From: a virus
Lineage: Duplodnaviria; Caudoviricetes
Virus record (IMG/VR): IMGVR_UViG_3300030397_000855
Coordinates: 1 to 47,017 of that record
Length of the DNA: 47,017 nt
Reading direction: 5' to 3' (one strand)
In this document: piece after piece, positions 17,711 to 26,582 of the stretch
Layout: the number at the start of each line of letters is the position of its first letter
Numbering within the stretch: the stretch's first letter is position 1
The notes under the pieces: model-generated
Database searches by the model: none
What the model was told of the DNA's origin: nothing
Seen by the model: the letters and a program-made list of their open reading frames with translations, nothing else
Program-made: the position numbers and the translations under genes

Positions 17711-18850
17711 ATGAGTAATCCAAGAAAGGTATCCTGCCTATACAATCAAGCCAAGTCGAACACCTATCTTGAGCTTGCAAAAGCTTTAGGCGCATCAGTG
17801 GAAACCGCTTGTCCAGAGGACGAGAAGATGGCGTTTTCCATATTCGCTTGCGAGTTCATCGAATTCGGATTTCTTCAGGCGGAGTCTCTACAAGTTGACA
17901 ACACCGTCTTCGTTGACGCGGAATTCGGCGACGACGCGACGGGAATCAGGCAGAATCAGGCACTCCGATTCAGGACTATATCCGCTGCAATCGCGGCATC
18001 TTCTCCTGGCGATAAAATCTTCGCAACGCCTGGGACTTACGACGAGAACAACTTGACAATACCGCACCCGTTGACTTTAGATTTGCCAGGTGTCGTCATT
18101 AACGACACCGCGAATCCGGCCCATGCTGGAAACGCATTGGTTCATGCCGATACAGGGAACATTCTGCGCGTTCTCGGACGACCCTCTCTTCTTGCAAGGA
18201 ATGGCCCAGCATTGCGGATTTCTGGCACGGGCACGATCATCGGGGAATTCGGATCGATCCGAAGCTTGGGTGACTCGCATCCAGCAATCGACCTCGTTGA
18301 AGGATCGATTGACATTGACGCGAATTCAATAAGCTCCAATGGCTCTATAGCTGGCGTGAGCGTCATTGACATTGCCGCCGTTTTTGCGGGCAGTGAGATC
18401 AAGGCTGGAGAGATTTTCAGAACGACCTCAGCGACGGGAAGCGTTGTGAGAATGCTCGCTTCCAGCGCGGTCAACAGGTCGCTTTTGATCCAAACTCCTT
18501 GCATCACAAACAATGACGGGTCATGCGTCCAGGTTGACGCTGGCGCAAATGTCAGGCTGAAGATAGAGAATTGCGAGTTTGTTACGGAGTCATCCGTTCA
18601 GTGCATCAATCTGGACACGGTTGTCGCGGACTCAACACTGCTTTTCCTGAATGACTGTGTGCTCATCACAGAGGGAACCGAGTCAATCGAATCAGCATCG
18701 TCCGACGGCCATCAAATCTCTTTAATTGGTGACAACGTGGCCTGGGTTGATGCTACGGGCAATCCGAATATCGTGCTTGGGGCTCTCAATGTCTCCAATG
18801 CGATACCTTCATTCTGCAATCCTAACATCACGCCACCATCAGGGAGTTAA
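17711..18850 (+). CDS. Virion beta-helix protein, paralog B'
   Basis: DNTVFVDAEFGDD...GDKIFATPGTY; C-terminus GALNVSNAIPSFC resembles paralog B GALDVNPNIPAFC. Confidence 0.7.
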   Translation: MSNPRKVSCLYNQAKSNTYLELAKALGASVETACPEDEKMAFSIFACEFIEFGFLQAESLQVDNTVFVDAEFGDDATGIRQNQALRFRTISAAIAASSPGDKIFATPGTYDENNLTIPHPLTLDLPGVVINDTANPAHAGNALVHADTGNILRVLGRPSLLARNGPALRISGTGTIIGEFGSIRSLGDSHPAIDLVEGSIDIDANSISSNGSIAGVSVIDIAAVFAGSEIKAGEIFRTTSATGSVVRMLASSAVNRSLLIQTPCITNNDGSCVQVDAGANVRLKIENCEFVTESSVQCINLDTVVADSTLLFLNDCVLITEGTESIESASSDGHQISLIGDNVAWVDATGNPNIVLGALNVSNAIPSFCNPNITPPSGS

Positions 18851-18851
18851 T

Positions 18852-19241
18852 ATGCCAGCACCAATCGAAAATATAAAATGCGCGAAAGCCAGTGTAGCCT
18901 TCATATTAGGCGAGCTTTACGAGATCATTTTCAATGCGTTCGAGCCAGCATCGGCAGGCAACGAGCAAGTTCTCACGGCTTCTCCTGATGGGACTGTAGA
19001 GGTTGCGCTTAGTTCGCAACCGGCAAAGGTCGTTACAATTCAGAACACGTCGGGCGTAAACATAAGAGTCATCCGAGCATCCGACAACCCAGACGCCGTG
19101 ACGAATGGACAGTATTGGACTCTGGTTCCAGGCGACGGAAAGACATTCGAGGCAATCACTGATGCCTCCGACCTTCTTATAGCTGCCGAAAATGCAGGAG
19201 ACGCGGGCCTCAGAGTTGAATACGAATATGTCGGCACTTAA
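18852..19241 (+). CDS. Small beta-sandwich virion protein
   Basis: Start MPAPIEN directly after the previous stop; VTIQNTSGVNIRV...LVPGDG pattern. Confidence 0.55.
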   Translation: MPAPIENIKCAKASVAFILGELYEIIFNAFEPASAGNEQVLTASPDGTVEVALSSQPAKVVTIQNTSGVNIRVIRASDNPDAVTNGQYWTLVPGDGKTFEAITDASDLLIAAENAGDAGLRVEYEYVGT

Positions 19242-19255
19242 AAAAGAACATCTTC

Positions 19256-20176
19256 ATGCACTCGTTGGTTCCAAAGTCAAACTTCAGGAAGAAGTTCGTT
19301 AGGAGACGCACTGAAAGAATGCGTCTGCAAGGGCATAGGACTGAGTTTCAGGACATAAATCAGGAATCACTTGATTACGAGGCACTAGTTCTGGCAAAGA
19401 CCGGAGTTCAAATAACCGACCTGGAAGGTGTTGACGCGCTTATAGACGCCTTGAAGTCTGCAAATCTTTGGATACCTGATGGCCTCTCGTATCTGATAGA
19501 CTTCAAGCCAGGCCGGAATGCTGATACTGGCGCAAATGCTTGTGCGATAGTAGGGCCAAACACTCTGGGCCCAGGCGCGACTCCCGTAGCTGCCCCACCC
19601 GACCCAGCAGTGTTCTTCAACACCGTTTCCTGGAATCCAATGGGAGTCACCACCTCTTCTTCCGGCTACATAACGTGTCCCGTAACAGGATATTCCTTCC
19701 CTCATAATCCTGGACTCACCATGTCTCTTAGGATGCAACTCAAATCTACGGCTGCAAACAACAATAAGGGAATGTTTGGTATGCACAAGGACGGTCAGGG
19801 CAGCCACAATAGCACTCATGGCTTTCATGCGCGTAGGAGAAATCTCAATGACGAGATCAAAGTTGAAAGAGTCGTAGGAGGGAATATTCTTCTCATGCAG
19901 CCCCCTGTGGGTTCTGTTTTCGACGACGCCGGACATGATGTCAATTTCAGGCTAGACAATGGAACTGCAAGGCTTCGAGTGGATTCTGATAACAAGGGCG
20001 TTGATACTTACAACGAGTTGAATGATATGGAGCCCGACCATCTGATACTGTCTGCAAGGTGGAATGGGGGAAGTCCAGGGGACTTTGGCCAATGGGGATT
20101 TTGCTGCATGGCATTTTTCTCTCGTTCTTTAAGTGATGCTGAATGCTCTGATTTGGAAGCTGCACTTCAATTGTAA
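19256..20176 (+). CDS. LamG / concanavalin A-like domain virion protein
   Basis: C-terminal RLRVD...MAFFSRSLSDAE resembles the LamG terminal motif (Y/F-x-R-A-L-S-x-x-E). Confidence 0.6.
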   Translation: MHSLVPKSNFRKKFVRRRTERMRLQGHRTEFQDINQESLDYEALVLAKTGVQITDLEGVDALIDALKSANLWIPDGLSYLIDFKPGRNADTGANACAIVGPNTLGPGATPVAAPPDPAVFFNTVSWNPMGVTTSSSGYITCPVTGYSFPHNPGLTMSLRMQLKSTAANNNKGMFGMHKDGQGSHNSTHGFHARRRNLNDEIKVERVVGGNILLMQPPVGSVFDDAGHDVNFRLDNGTARLRVDSDNKGVDTYNELNDMEPDHLILSARWNGGSPGDFGQWGFCCMAFFSRSLSDAECSDLEAALQL

Positions 20177-20571
20177 TGGAAAAAGCAATAGTAAATTTTA
20201 ACTTCGACCCGTTTACAGAGGACGCTCAAGGCAGGCTTGGTCTATTCACCTCGCAAGAGATTTACCGAGACCCTGAGACAGGCTTCTTCGCGGCCTGTAT
20301 AGATAGGGAGAATGGAGATATTGATCTAAGCGAGATTTCCATGAATCCTGAGAGCGGCGACGGAATTTTCGGCACGCTTGTTCCTGTGGAAGTCAGGGTT
20401 GGCGATGAGCCGGAAGAGGGCGAAGAGGACACAAGACCAGTAGATCACTGGAAGCTTGACGGAATCTATTATACACCCTTGACATTGGATCACATAGAGA
20501 CTCCGCCTGAAGGATTTGAGGCATTATTCGATGGTGTGTCTGTAGAATGGAGGGAATCTTGGAGCGAGTAA
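20176..20571 (+). CDS. Acidic hypothetical protein
   Basis: 131-aa ORF coupled to its neighbours. Confidence 0.6.
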   Translation: MEKAIVNFNFDPFTEDAQGRLGLFTSQEIYRDPETGFFAACIDRENGDIDLSEISMNPESGDGIFGTLVPVEVRVGDEPEEGEEDTRPVDHWKLDGIYYTPLTLDHIETPPEGFEALFDGVSVEWRESWSE

Positions 20572-20894
20572 TCAAAAGTATAGGAGAGAGCACTCCAATG
20601 CAGCTTTCGCTTGTGATTGCGCTTGCAACTGTTCTGGTTACGGTTGCATTCTTTTTTGGACAACAGCGAAGCGAGCTGAATATTTACAAAAGCCAGGGCC
20701 AGCAGATTTTAAGTGAAACTAAAGAGCTTAACCTAAAGGTCACACACCTTGAGATGACTATTAAGTCGATGGAAAAAGCTCAGGAAAATAAGATAACAAG
20801 GAACCAATTTATGATCTTGATAGAGCTTTTGAGACAGGCGAATCCAGACATGAAAATTCCAATTACAGTAATGGAAATGCTTAGGGAGGAATGA
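20547..20894 (+). CDS. Single-TM coiled-coil protein (lysis accessory-like)
   Basis: LSLVIALATVLVTVAFFFG followed by a heptad-rich region. Confidence 0.55.
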   Translation: MEGILERVIKSIGESTPMQLSLVIALATVLVTVAFFFGQQRSELNIYKSQGQQILSETKELNLKVTHLEMTIKSMEKAQENKITRNQFMILIELLRQANPDMKIPITVMEMLREE

Positions 20895-20895
20895 T

Positions 20896-21972
20896 ATGAG
20901 CGATCAATGTAAAGACAGTCAAAGTGGTTGCAGGCAAACTAATTTAACCGAGTGCCTTACAGGAGCTTCAATTCAGCCAACCTCCAAGCGTGTCATAGTT
21001 TCCGACGAGGACAAGTGCCCAGAGCTTCTAGCGAATGTGGAGTCCGCCGTTCTAACATCGAAAGATGGGGAAGTCAAGTTTTCAGACGGCTCCGCCTCGC
21101 TTCCGATCAATCTTGCCAATATGCTAAGAGAGAATGCAATAGCTGCCGACTCAATCGTCGCCACCCATCCTGACGGCACTCTGGTTAGGTTCAAGGGGAA
21201 TGATGATGCGACTGACTACATTCTCATCTACAGAGACGGTAACGCGGAATGGACTCCCATCGGCGCAAAAGATCATTGCTTCGCGCTTCAGTCCCTCGAA
21301 GATGAAGGTGAGGCCAGGATTGCTGTCTTCAGGGCTCAGGCTGGGGCAGAATTTGGAGATCAGTGTAACAATCCGTCAGGAACTGCTTGTCTCGGATTCT
21401 TGGCATCTGGGCCAGGAAACTGTGGATTTCTCAAGCCTAATATGACTTACGGCACGGCACCGGTTGAAGGCAGCATAGTGCTCTGGCCAGGCAATGTGGG
21501 GAACATTCCTGATGGCTGGTTCTTTTGCAATGGCCAGGCTCTTGAACAGGCGAAATACCCAGCCTTGTTTTCCGTTATCGGGACAAATTATGGCGGGGTC
21601 GCGCCATTCTTTAATGTTCCTGATTTAAGGAACAGGATCGTCATGGGTGTTGGTGGAACTCATGCCCCAACAGCAGGCGATACTGGCGGCATTGATACTC
21701 ACAACATTGCCATACCGGTGCCTGAGCATACTCACCCAGTGACTTCAATGGTGGTGTTTGAAGAGTCTACTGGTGAGGGCTCTGGCGGGCTGCAAGGTGC
21801 TGTCGCCACCACTCCAGACGGCGGTCAAATCGATGTCATTGCCAATAGTGCGGTCTCTGTCGCCATAGGCAACGCGGGGACGCCAGGCGCAAGTATAAAT
21901 TTCGACAACAAGCCGGAATATACGGGTTTGATTCATATCATTGCCGCTGGCTGCGTTGTTGATTGCCCATAA
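20896..21972 (+). CDS. Tail fibre-associated protein with a phage tail-collar domain
   Basis: GSIVLWPG..IPDGWFFCNGQAL..AKYPALFSVIGTNYGG..FNVPDLRNR is the canonical collar motif; PEHTH. Confidence 0.9.
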   Translation: MSDQCKDSQSGCRQTNLTECLTGASIQPTSKRVIVSDEDKCPELLANVESAVLTSKDGEVKFSDGSASLPINLANMLRENAIAADSIVATHPDGTLVRFKGNDDATDYILIYRDGNAEWTPIGAKDHCFALQSLEDEGEARIAVFRAQAGAEFGDQCNNPSGTACLGFLASGPGNCGFLKPNMTYGTAPVEGSIVLWPGNVGNIPDGWFFCNGQALEQAKYPALFSVIGTNYGGVAPFFNVPDLRNRIVMGVGGTHAPTAGDTGGIDTHNIAIPVPEHTHPVTSMVVFEESTGEGSGGLQGAVATTPDGGQIDVIANSAVSVAIGNAGTPGASINFDNKPEYTGLIHIIAAGCVVDCP

Positions 21973-23777
21973 TGTCGAAGCAAAACACTATCTATGATGG
22001 ACACGTAGGTCTGTTCGCGGTCAATTCCTCGGACAACCCTAGCGAGACCCCTGATAGATTTGCGACCCTAGCGATCAACAGGAAATTTCGAGGCGGCAGA
22101 AACTCAACGCGGCCAGGGTTTAAGAGAATTCCACTCAGCTTTGCTACACCTGAGTTTGATAGAGACAAATTTGAGCTGAAAAATATCCAGGGCGCATTCT
22201 CATATATATCAAGAAACCCTGAGTCTGACAATTGTCTGATAGTCGCTGCTGGAGGGGCAGTGCTTTGCATAAAGGTCTCTCAGGGAAACTTTAATGTGGA
22301 CGTGCTTTCTGAGAAGCTAGACCCTCATGCAAGGCATGTTTATTTTGAGCAAGCCGAGGAGTGGCTATATGTTCAGGATGGCACCAACCGCCCGCTCGCA
22401 TGGGATGGTTCAACCACACTCGCTGAGGTTATACCGGCAGTGGATGGCACGAAACCTCAGATGCCAGTCGGAACAAACATGGTCTATGCTCATGGCCGAG
22501 TGTTTGTGCAGACTGGAAATAACGAAGTGCAGGCTTCTGACATTATTCACGGAAGCAATACCACAAACACGAAGGACACTAGAAATTTTACAGAACAGAC
22601 ATACTGGCAGTCAGGAGGCGCATTTAGGACTCCGGCAAGAATAGGAAATATTGTAAGCCTTATTGCCATGCCCCAACTGGACAACTCTACAGGCCAGGGC
22701 GAGGTCGTTCTGCTTTGCGAGAGGGGCGCATCCTCTCTTCAGGTTGGCGCGTTTACGCGAGAGCAGATACCAGGCTTTCAATCCTGGCTTGACGCACCTA
22801 TACAAAGACTGTCTCAAATAGGAAGAGGTGTTTTAAGTCATAAGTCGGTGACGACGGTGGCAAATGATGTCTGGTATTTGAGTCAAGATGGACTTGCTTC
22901 ATATTTGAACTCCAGAGTGGACTTCCAAAGGATTCCAATTTTCACAAACCTTTCAAGGGAAGTTGCTGATTTGTTTCAAATATCAGAAGATCAATACCTT
23001 GACTCGACAACCTCTGCTCTAGTATTGAACAGGCTTCTAACATCTGTTGGGATGTCATCTGAGCCTAGCGGTTCTGAAGAATTCGGCGAGCATATTTTTG
23101 GTTCTGGAATAGTCTCGCTAGACCTAGACCCAGCGTCTTCACTCAGAGGCGATAGGTCTTTTGACTTCGACGGTCTATGGACGGGCATAAGACCCTCAGT
23201 AATCATAAGCCACATAGTTGAATCGAAAGAGCGAGGCTTCGTGATTTCACGCGACTCGGACGGAAGGAATAGGATTTACGAGGTGTTGGAAGAAGAGCTT
23301 TTTGACACCGGAGAATCGAGTGTTCCTATTGAGTCAACCTACTTCACAAAACGTTATGACTTTGCTAGCTCGGATTCCTCTAGCCGATTTGACTCCAAAA
23401 GAATAACTGGAATACAAATTAAGCTGGCTGATATTGTTGGGAAAATAAAGCTGTCTGCCTACTATCGACCAGATTTCTCTGAGAACTGGTTCCTTATTGA
23501 ATCAGAGAGAGAGTTTGGATGCGACGGAAAATCTGGATCAGCCGTTTTCAACAGCACCTCTTGGTCTAGCGATCAGTTCAAGGCTATTGACGGCACTGAC
23601 GCTAGTGTGGCATCGCAATTCCAGATTAGAGTAGATATTGTAGGGTCGGCCCGCGTAGACTCGCTAAGGATTGGCGTAACTCCAATGACTACAGAAATTA
23701 ATTCAAACTTTGAGGAAGACTTTTGTCCAGAGTTTGATTCTCAAGAGTTTGAAAAGTTCACCTATCAGGTAGCATGA
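21972..23777 (+). CDS. Tail nozzle / DNA-stabilization protein (P22 gp10 / T7 gp12-like)
   Basis: ~600 aa, beta-rich, TRPGF near the N-terminus, YAHGRVFV, position before the ejection genes. Confidence 0.6.
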   Translation: MSKQNTIYDGHVGLFAVNSSDNPSETPDRFATLAINRKFRGGRNSTRPGFKRIPLSFATPEFDRDKFELKNIQGAFSYISRNPESDNCLIVAAGGAVLCIKVSQGNFNVDVLSEKLDPHARHVYFEQAEEWLYVQDGTNRPLAWDGSTTLAEVIPAVDGTKPQMPVGTNMVYAHGRVFVQTGNNEVQASDIIHGSNTTNTKDTRNFTEQTYWQSGGAFRTPARIGNIVSLIAMPQLDNSTGQGEVVLLCERGASSLQVGAFTREQIPGFQSWLDAPIQRLSQIGRGVLSHKSVTTVANDVWYLSQDGLASYLNSRVDFQRIPIFTNLSREVADLFQISEDQYLDSTTSALVLNRLLTSVGMSSEPSGSEEFGEHIFGSGIVSLDLDPASSLRGDRSFDFDGLWTGIRPSVIISHIVESKERGFVISRDSDGRNRIYEVLEEELFDTGESSVPIESTYFTKRYDFASSDSSSRFDSKRITGIQIKLADIVGKIKLSAYYRPDFSENWFLIESEREFGCDGKSGSAVFNSTSWSSDQFKAIDGTDASVASQFQIRVDIVGSARVDSLRIGVTPMTTEINSNFEEDFCPEFDSQEFEKFTYQVA

Positions 23778-24697
23778 TAAGATTTAAAGACGCTAAATCA
23801 ACTCTAGCTCAATTTGCTGGAAGCCAAGGCCATAGGCCAGACCACCCCGATGTTCTGTTCTGGCTGAATGAGGCGTTGACTGATCTCTTTGAAAAGGGAG
23901 ATTGGATTGGCACTATTGAGAATATAGACGTTGAGCCATTCGGCGATGTTTATTCACTTCCCTATGCTTACAAGGACGCTAGAGGGGCATCAGACTGTTG
24001 TGGCAACGAATATTCAATCATCCCTCCCCAAGACCATTCAAGGTTTGTTGGGTCGCAAAAGTTTCTGCTTTTGAAAGCTGAGGGGATTTACTACTCAATT
24101 AATAGCGAGTGCTGCTGTGGTGTAGGTCAAATATCTTCATCGGATGCCGAGTCCGACCAGGGCGCGGAGATTTACATCGAATATCAGGATGAATCCAGCA
24201 CACTGATAAAGGAAACGCTGAAGCTTGATCTAAACCCAGTCACGACAAAGAGAAGCATATGCTTTATAAAATATCTCGAAAAGCCTAAGACTAGGGGCAA
24301 TCTCTTGGTGTATGCCCTGACTCAGGACAGGACAGAAAAAACACTGTTGTCTAGGTTTGATGCTGAATTTGAGCACTCTTTTTATACTAGGTTTATATCT
24401 AAGGCATGTAGGGAGGATCAAAGAAATCTTTCATTCAGATGCAAGAAGAGATTTATTCCTTTGGAGAGCGACAGAGACCTTATACCGATAGGCAATATTC
24501 CTGCTTTGCAATTCGCCATGCAGGCTTATACTGAAAAAAGGAACGGCGACAATGGAGCTTACCATCAAGCCATTGCATCTGCTGTCAGAATTCTTCAGGA
24601 GGAGCTAGCGAATCAGACCAGTGAAAACTCGAACCTCACGATTCAAGCGCAGTTTGGACACAGAGTAACTAAGCCAAGAAACCCTAGATTTGTATAG
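23774..24697 (+). CDS. Head-tail adaptor-like protein
   Basis: WLNEAL N-terminal helix, YSLP motif, helical C-terminus; position in the module. Confidence 0.5.
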   Translation: MIRFKDAKSTLAQFAGSQGHRPDHPDVLFWLNEALTDLFEKGDWIGTIENIDVEPFGDVYSLPYAYKDARGASDCCGNEYSIIPPQDHSRFVGSQKFLLLKAEGIYYSINSECCCGVGQISSSDAESDQGAEIYIEYQDESSTLIKETLKLDLNPVTTKRSICFIKYLEKPKTRGNLLVYALTQDRTEKTLLSRFDAEFEHSFYTRFISKACREDQRNLSFRCKKRFIPLESDRDLIPIGNIPALQFAMQAYTEKRNGDNGAYHQAIASAVRILQEELANQTSENSNLTIQAQFGHRVTKPRNPRFV

Positions 24698-24699
24698 AG

Positions 24700-25518
24700 A
24701 TGCCTTTCTTCGACACACTTACAGCACTTAGCGGAATCGGCGGGCTGGTCGGGTCTTTCCTGGACTCAAGAGGTGCCGCTGATGTTCCTGAAATAGCGGA
24801 GTTTCAACCAATAGACGACTTCGACTTTGATCAAGGTGACGCTGTGGCTGAGGCTTTTGGATCGAACAGCAGACTTTTCAACCAGCTTTTTCCCACAGCG
24901 GACAACTTGAATCAGTTTAGGACAGAGCAAGCCCTTCGTGCAATTAGGGCGTTCAACCCTGCATTTGATGAATTGAGAGATCAGAGTGCTTCTAACATAC
25001 TGTCATTCCAGAGGGGGGAGCTTCCCCAAGAGACTGCTGAATCTATTCAGCGCACGGCGGCTGAGTTAGGTGTCAGGAACTTCGGCCCTCAAGCTGGGGG
25101 AGACGACGGCCTTACTCAGAATTTGCAGTTGAGAAATCTTGGCAATAGAGCCCTTGAGCTTTCTCTTGCAGGAACTAGCCTGGCTGGTATATTCAATCAG
25201 CAGAACGCATCTTTTGTTCCAGCCCAGTCAGACCCATCAACTCTTGCTCCTTTATTTATACCGTCTCCTGGACAGCAGCTTCAGAATTCTCTAGTGTCGG
25301 CTCAGCAGCAAGTGGGAATCGATGAATTCAATGCGACAGGCGGACAGAGAACTCAGCAGGATATTTTCAATGCAAATGCAGCGGGAGACCCCAATGCCGC
25401 ATTCCAAGCTGACGCATTCCGATCACTGATTCAGATTTTGAACAGCCGAGCAAACAGGGCGTCTTCGGCACCAGTCCTGTTTGGGGGCCAGCAAATAAGA
25501 AGAGCAACCAGAGCATAA
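24700..25518 (+). CDS. Putative ejection (pilot) protein
   Basis: Gly-rich hydrophobic N-terminus ALSGIGGLVGSFL, Gln/Ala/Asn-rich, position after nozzle/adaptor. Confidence 0.65.
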   Translation: MPFFDTLTALSGIGGLVGSFLDSRGAADVPEIAEFQPIDDFDFDQGDAVAEAFGSNSRLFNQLFPTADNLNQFRTEQALRAIRAFNPAFDELRDQSASNILSFQRGELPQETAESIQRTAAELGVRNFGPQAGGDDGLTQNLQLRNLGNRALELSLAGTSLAGIFNQQNASFVPAQSDPSTLAPLFIPSPGQQLQNSLVSAQQQVGIDEFNATGGQRTQQDIFNANAAGDPNAAFQADAFRSLIQILNSRANRASSAPVLFGGQQIRRATRA

Positions 25519-26582
25519 TGCCAACCCAGACACTAGTTCCATCTACAGGCCGTCCGCTTATACCGGTTTCAAACACCGCAAGCGGGAGGTCTCTTGCGTT
25601 TGTCAGGGAGCTACAGAGAGAAAACGAAGCTGCAAGAATTCGTGCTGAAGCTGGAAATATAGTAAGGTCTTTGCAGCCAGAGTTCGACAGGGTTGCTACT
25701 GAGGCTGAGTCAGACCCTATTGCGGCGCAGTCGAGCTTGGCGAGACTTCTTGGACGAAGCTCAGAGGCATTTCTTAATCCACTCGCGGCTCCAGTCATAG
25801 GCGGGCAATTTGAACTCCTTGGAGATGTCATAGGAAAAATAAACCAACAGCAACTTCAGAGAGAGCGTCTAAGAATATCTGCGTCAAGAGCGTCTTCTTC
25901 GAGTGCGCCCAAGTCAGCAGGGGATGTTTTCACTAATGTGATGAGGCTTCAGGGCGAGGGAGTCTTCGGCGTGAATAAGAAGACCGGTTTTTCCGGCTTC
26001 ATTAGGCGAGAAAAAGACAAGGGATTTCAACTGGAGAAGCTGCAAACAAATCCCGATGGAAGCACCACTGCATTTCTAGCAAACTCTTCCGGCGATGTTA
26101 AGGCGGTTGAAGTGACACCGGCCACTAGGGGGCCGAGGCGAAGAAGCTTGGGAATTCAGACTGACTCAGAGACGGGTGAAAGGTTTGCGGTATTTGATCA
26201 AGAAGGGTCTATAGTCACACAGAGAATACCTGGTGTCAGCGGAAGGGCCTCAAGGGGCGAAACGCTTTCAGTAGCGCAAAGGGCCAAGCTACAGAGGGAT
26301 AAGGTTAGGCTGACAAGGCTTGAGAGGCAGCTTCAGCCTATATTGACACAGAGGCGCGAGGCATTGAATTCAGGCAGGCAAAGACAGCACGAAGAGCTGA
26401 ATGAAGAAGTGTTGCAGCTAACAGGCAAGATCAATGAACTAAAAGCTTCAATACAGGCCACAGAGGATATTCAGCAAGCAGGCCAGCGCAGACAGGCGGC
26501 AAGTAGACCTCGCCGACCCAGCGGCCAACTCAACCTGGATGATCTTCTTGAATCTGGGGAGGGACTGCAAAATGGCTTCTGA
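25518..26582 (+). CDS. Putative internal virion / ejection protein
   Basis: Helical Arg/Gln-rich protein between the pilot gene and the giant gene. Confidence 0.6.
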   Translation: MPTQTLVPSTGRPLIPVSNTASGRSLAFVRELQRENEAARIRAEAGNIVRSLQPEFDRVATEAESDPIAAQSSLARLLGRSSEAFLNPLAAPVIGGQFELLGDVIGKINQQQLQRERLRISASRASSSSAPKSAGDVFTNVMRLQGEGVFGVNKKTGFSGFIRREKDKGFQLEKLQTNPDGSTTAFLANSSGDVKAVEVTPATRGPRRRSLGIQTDSETGERFAVFDQEGSIVTQRIPGVSGRASRGETLSVAQRAKLQRDKVRLTRLERQLQPILTQRREALNSGRQRQHEELNEEVLQLTGKINELKASIQATEDIQQAGQRRQAASRPRRPSGQLNLDDLLESGEGLQNGF

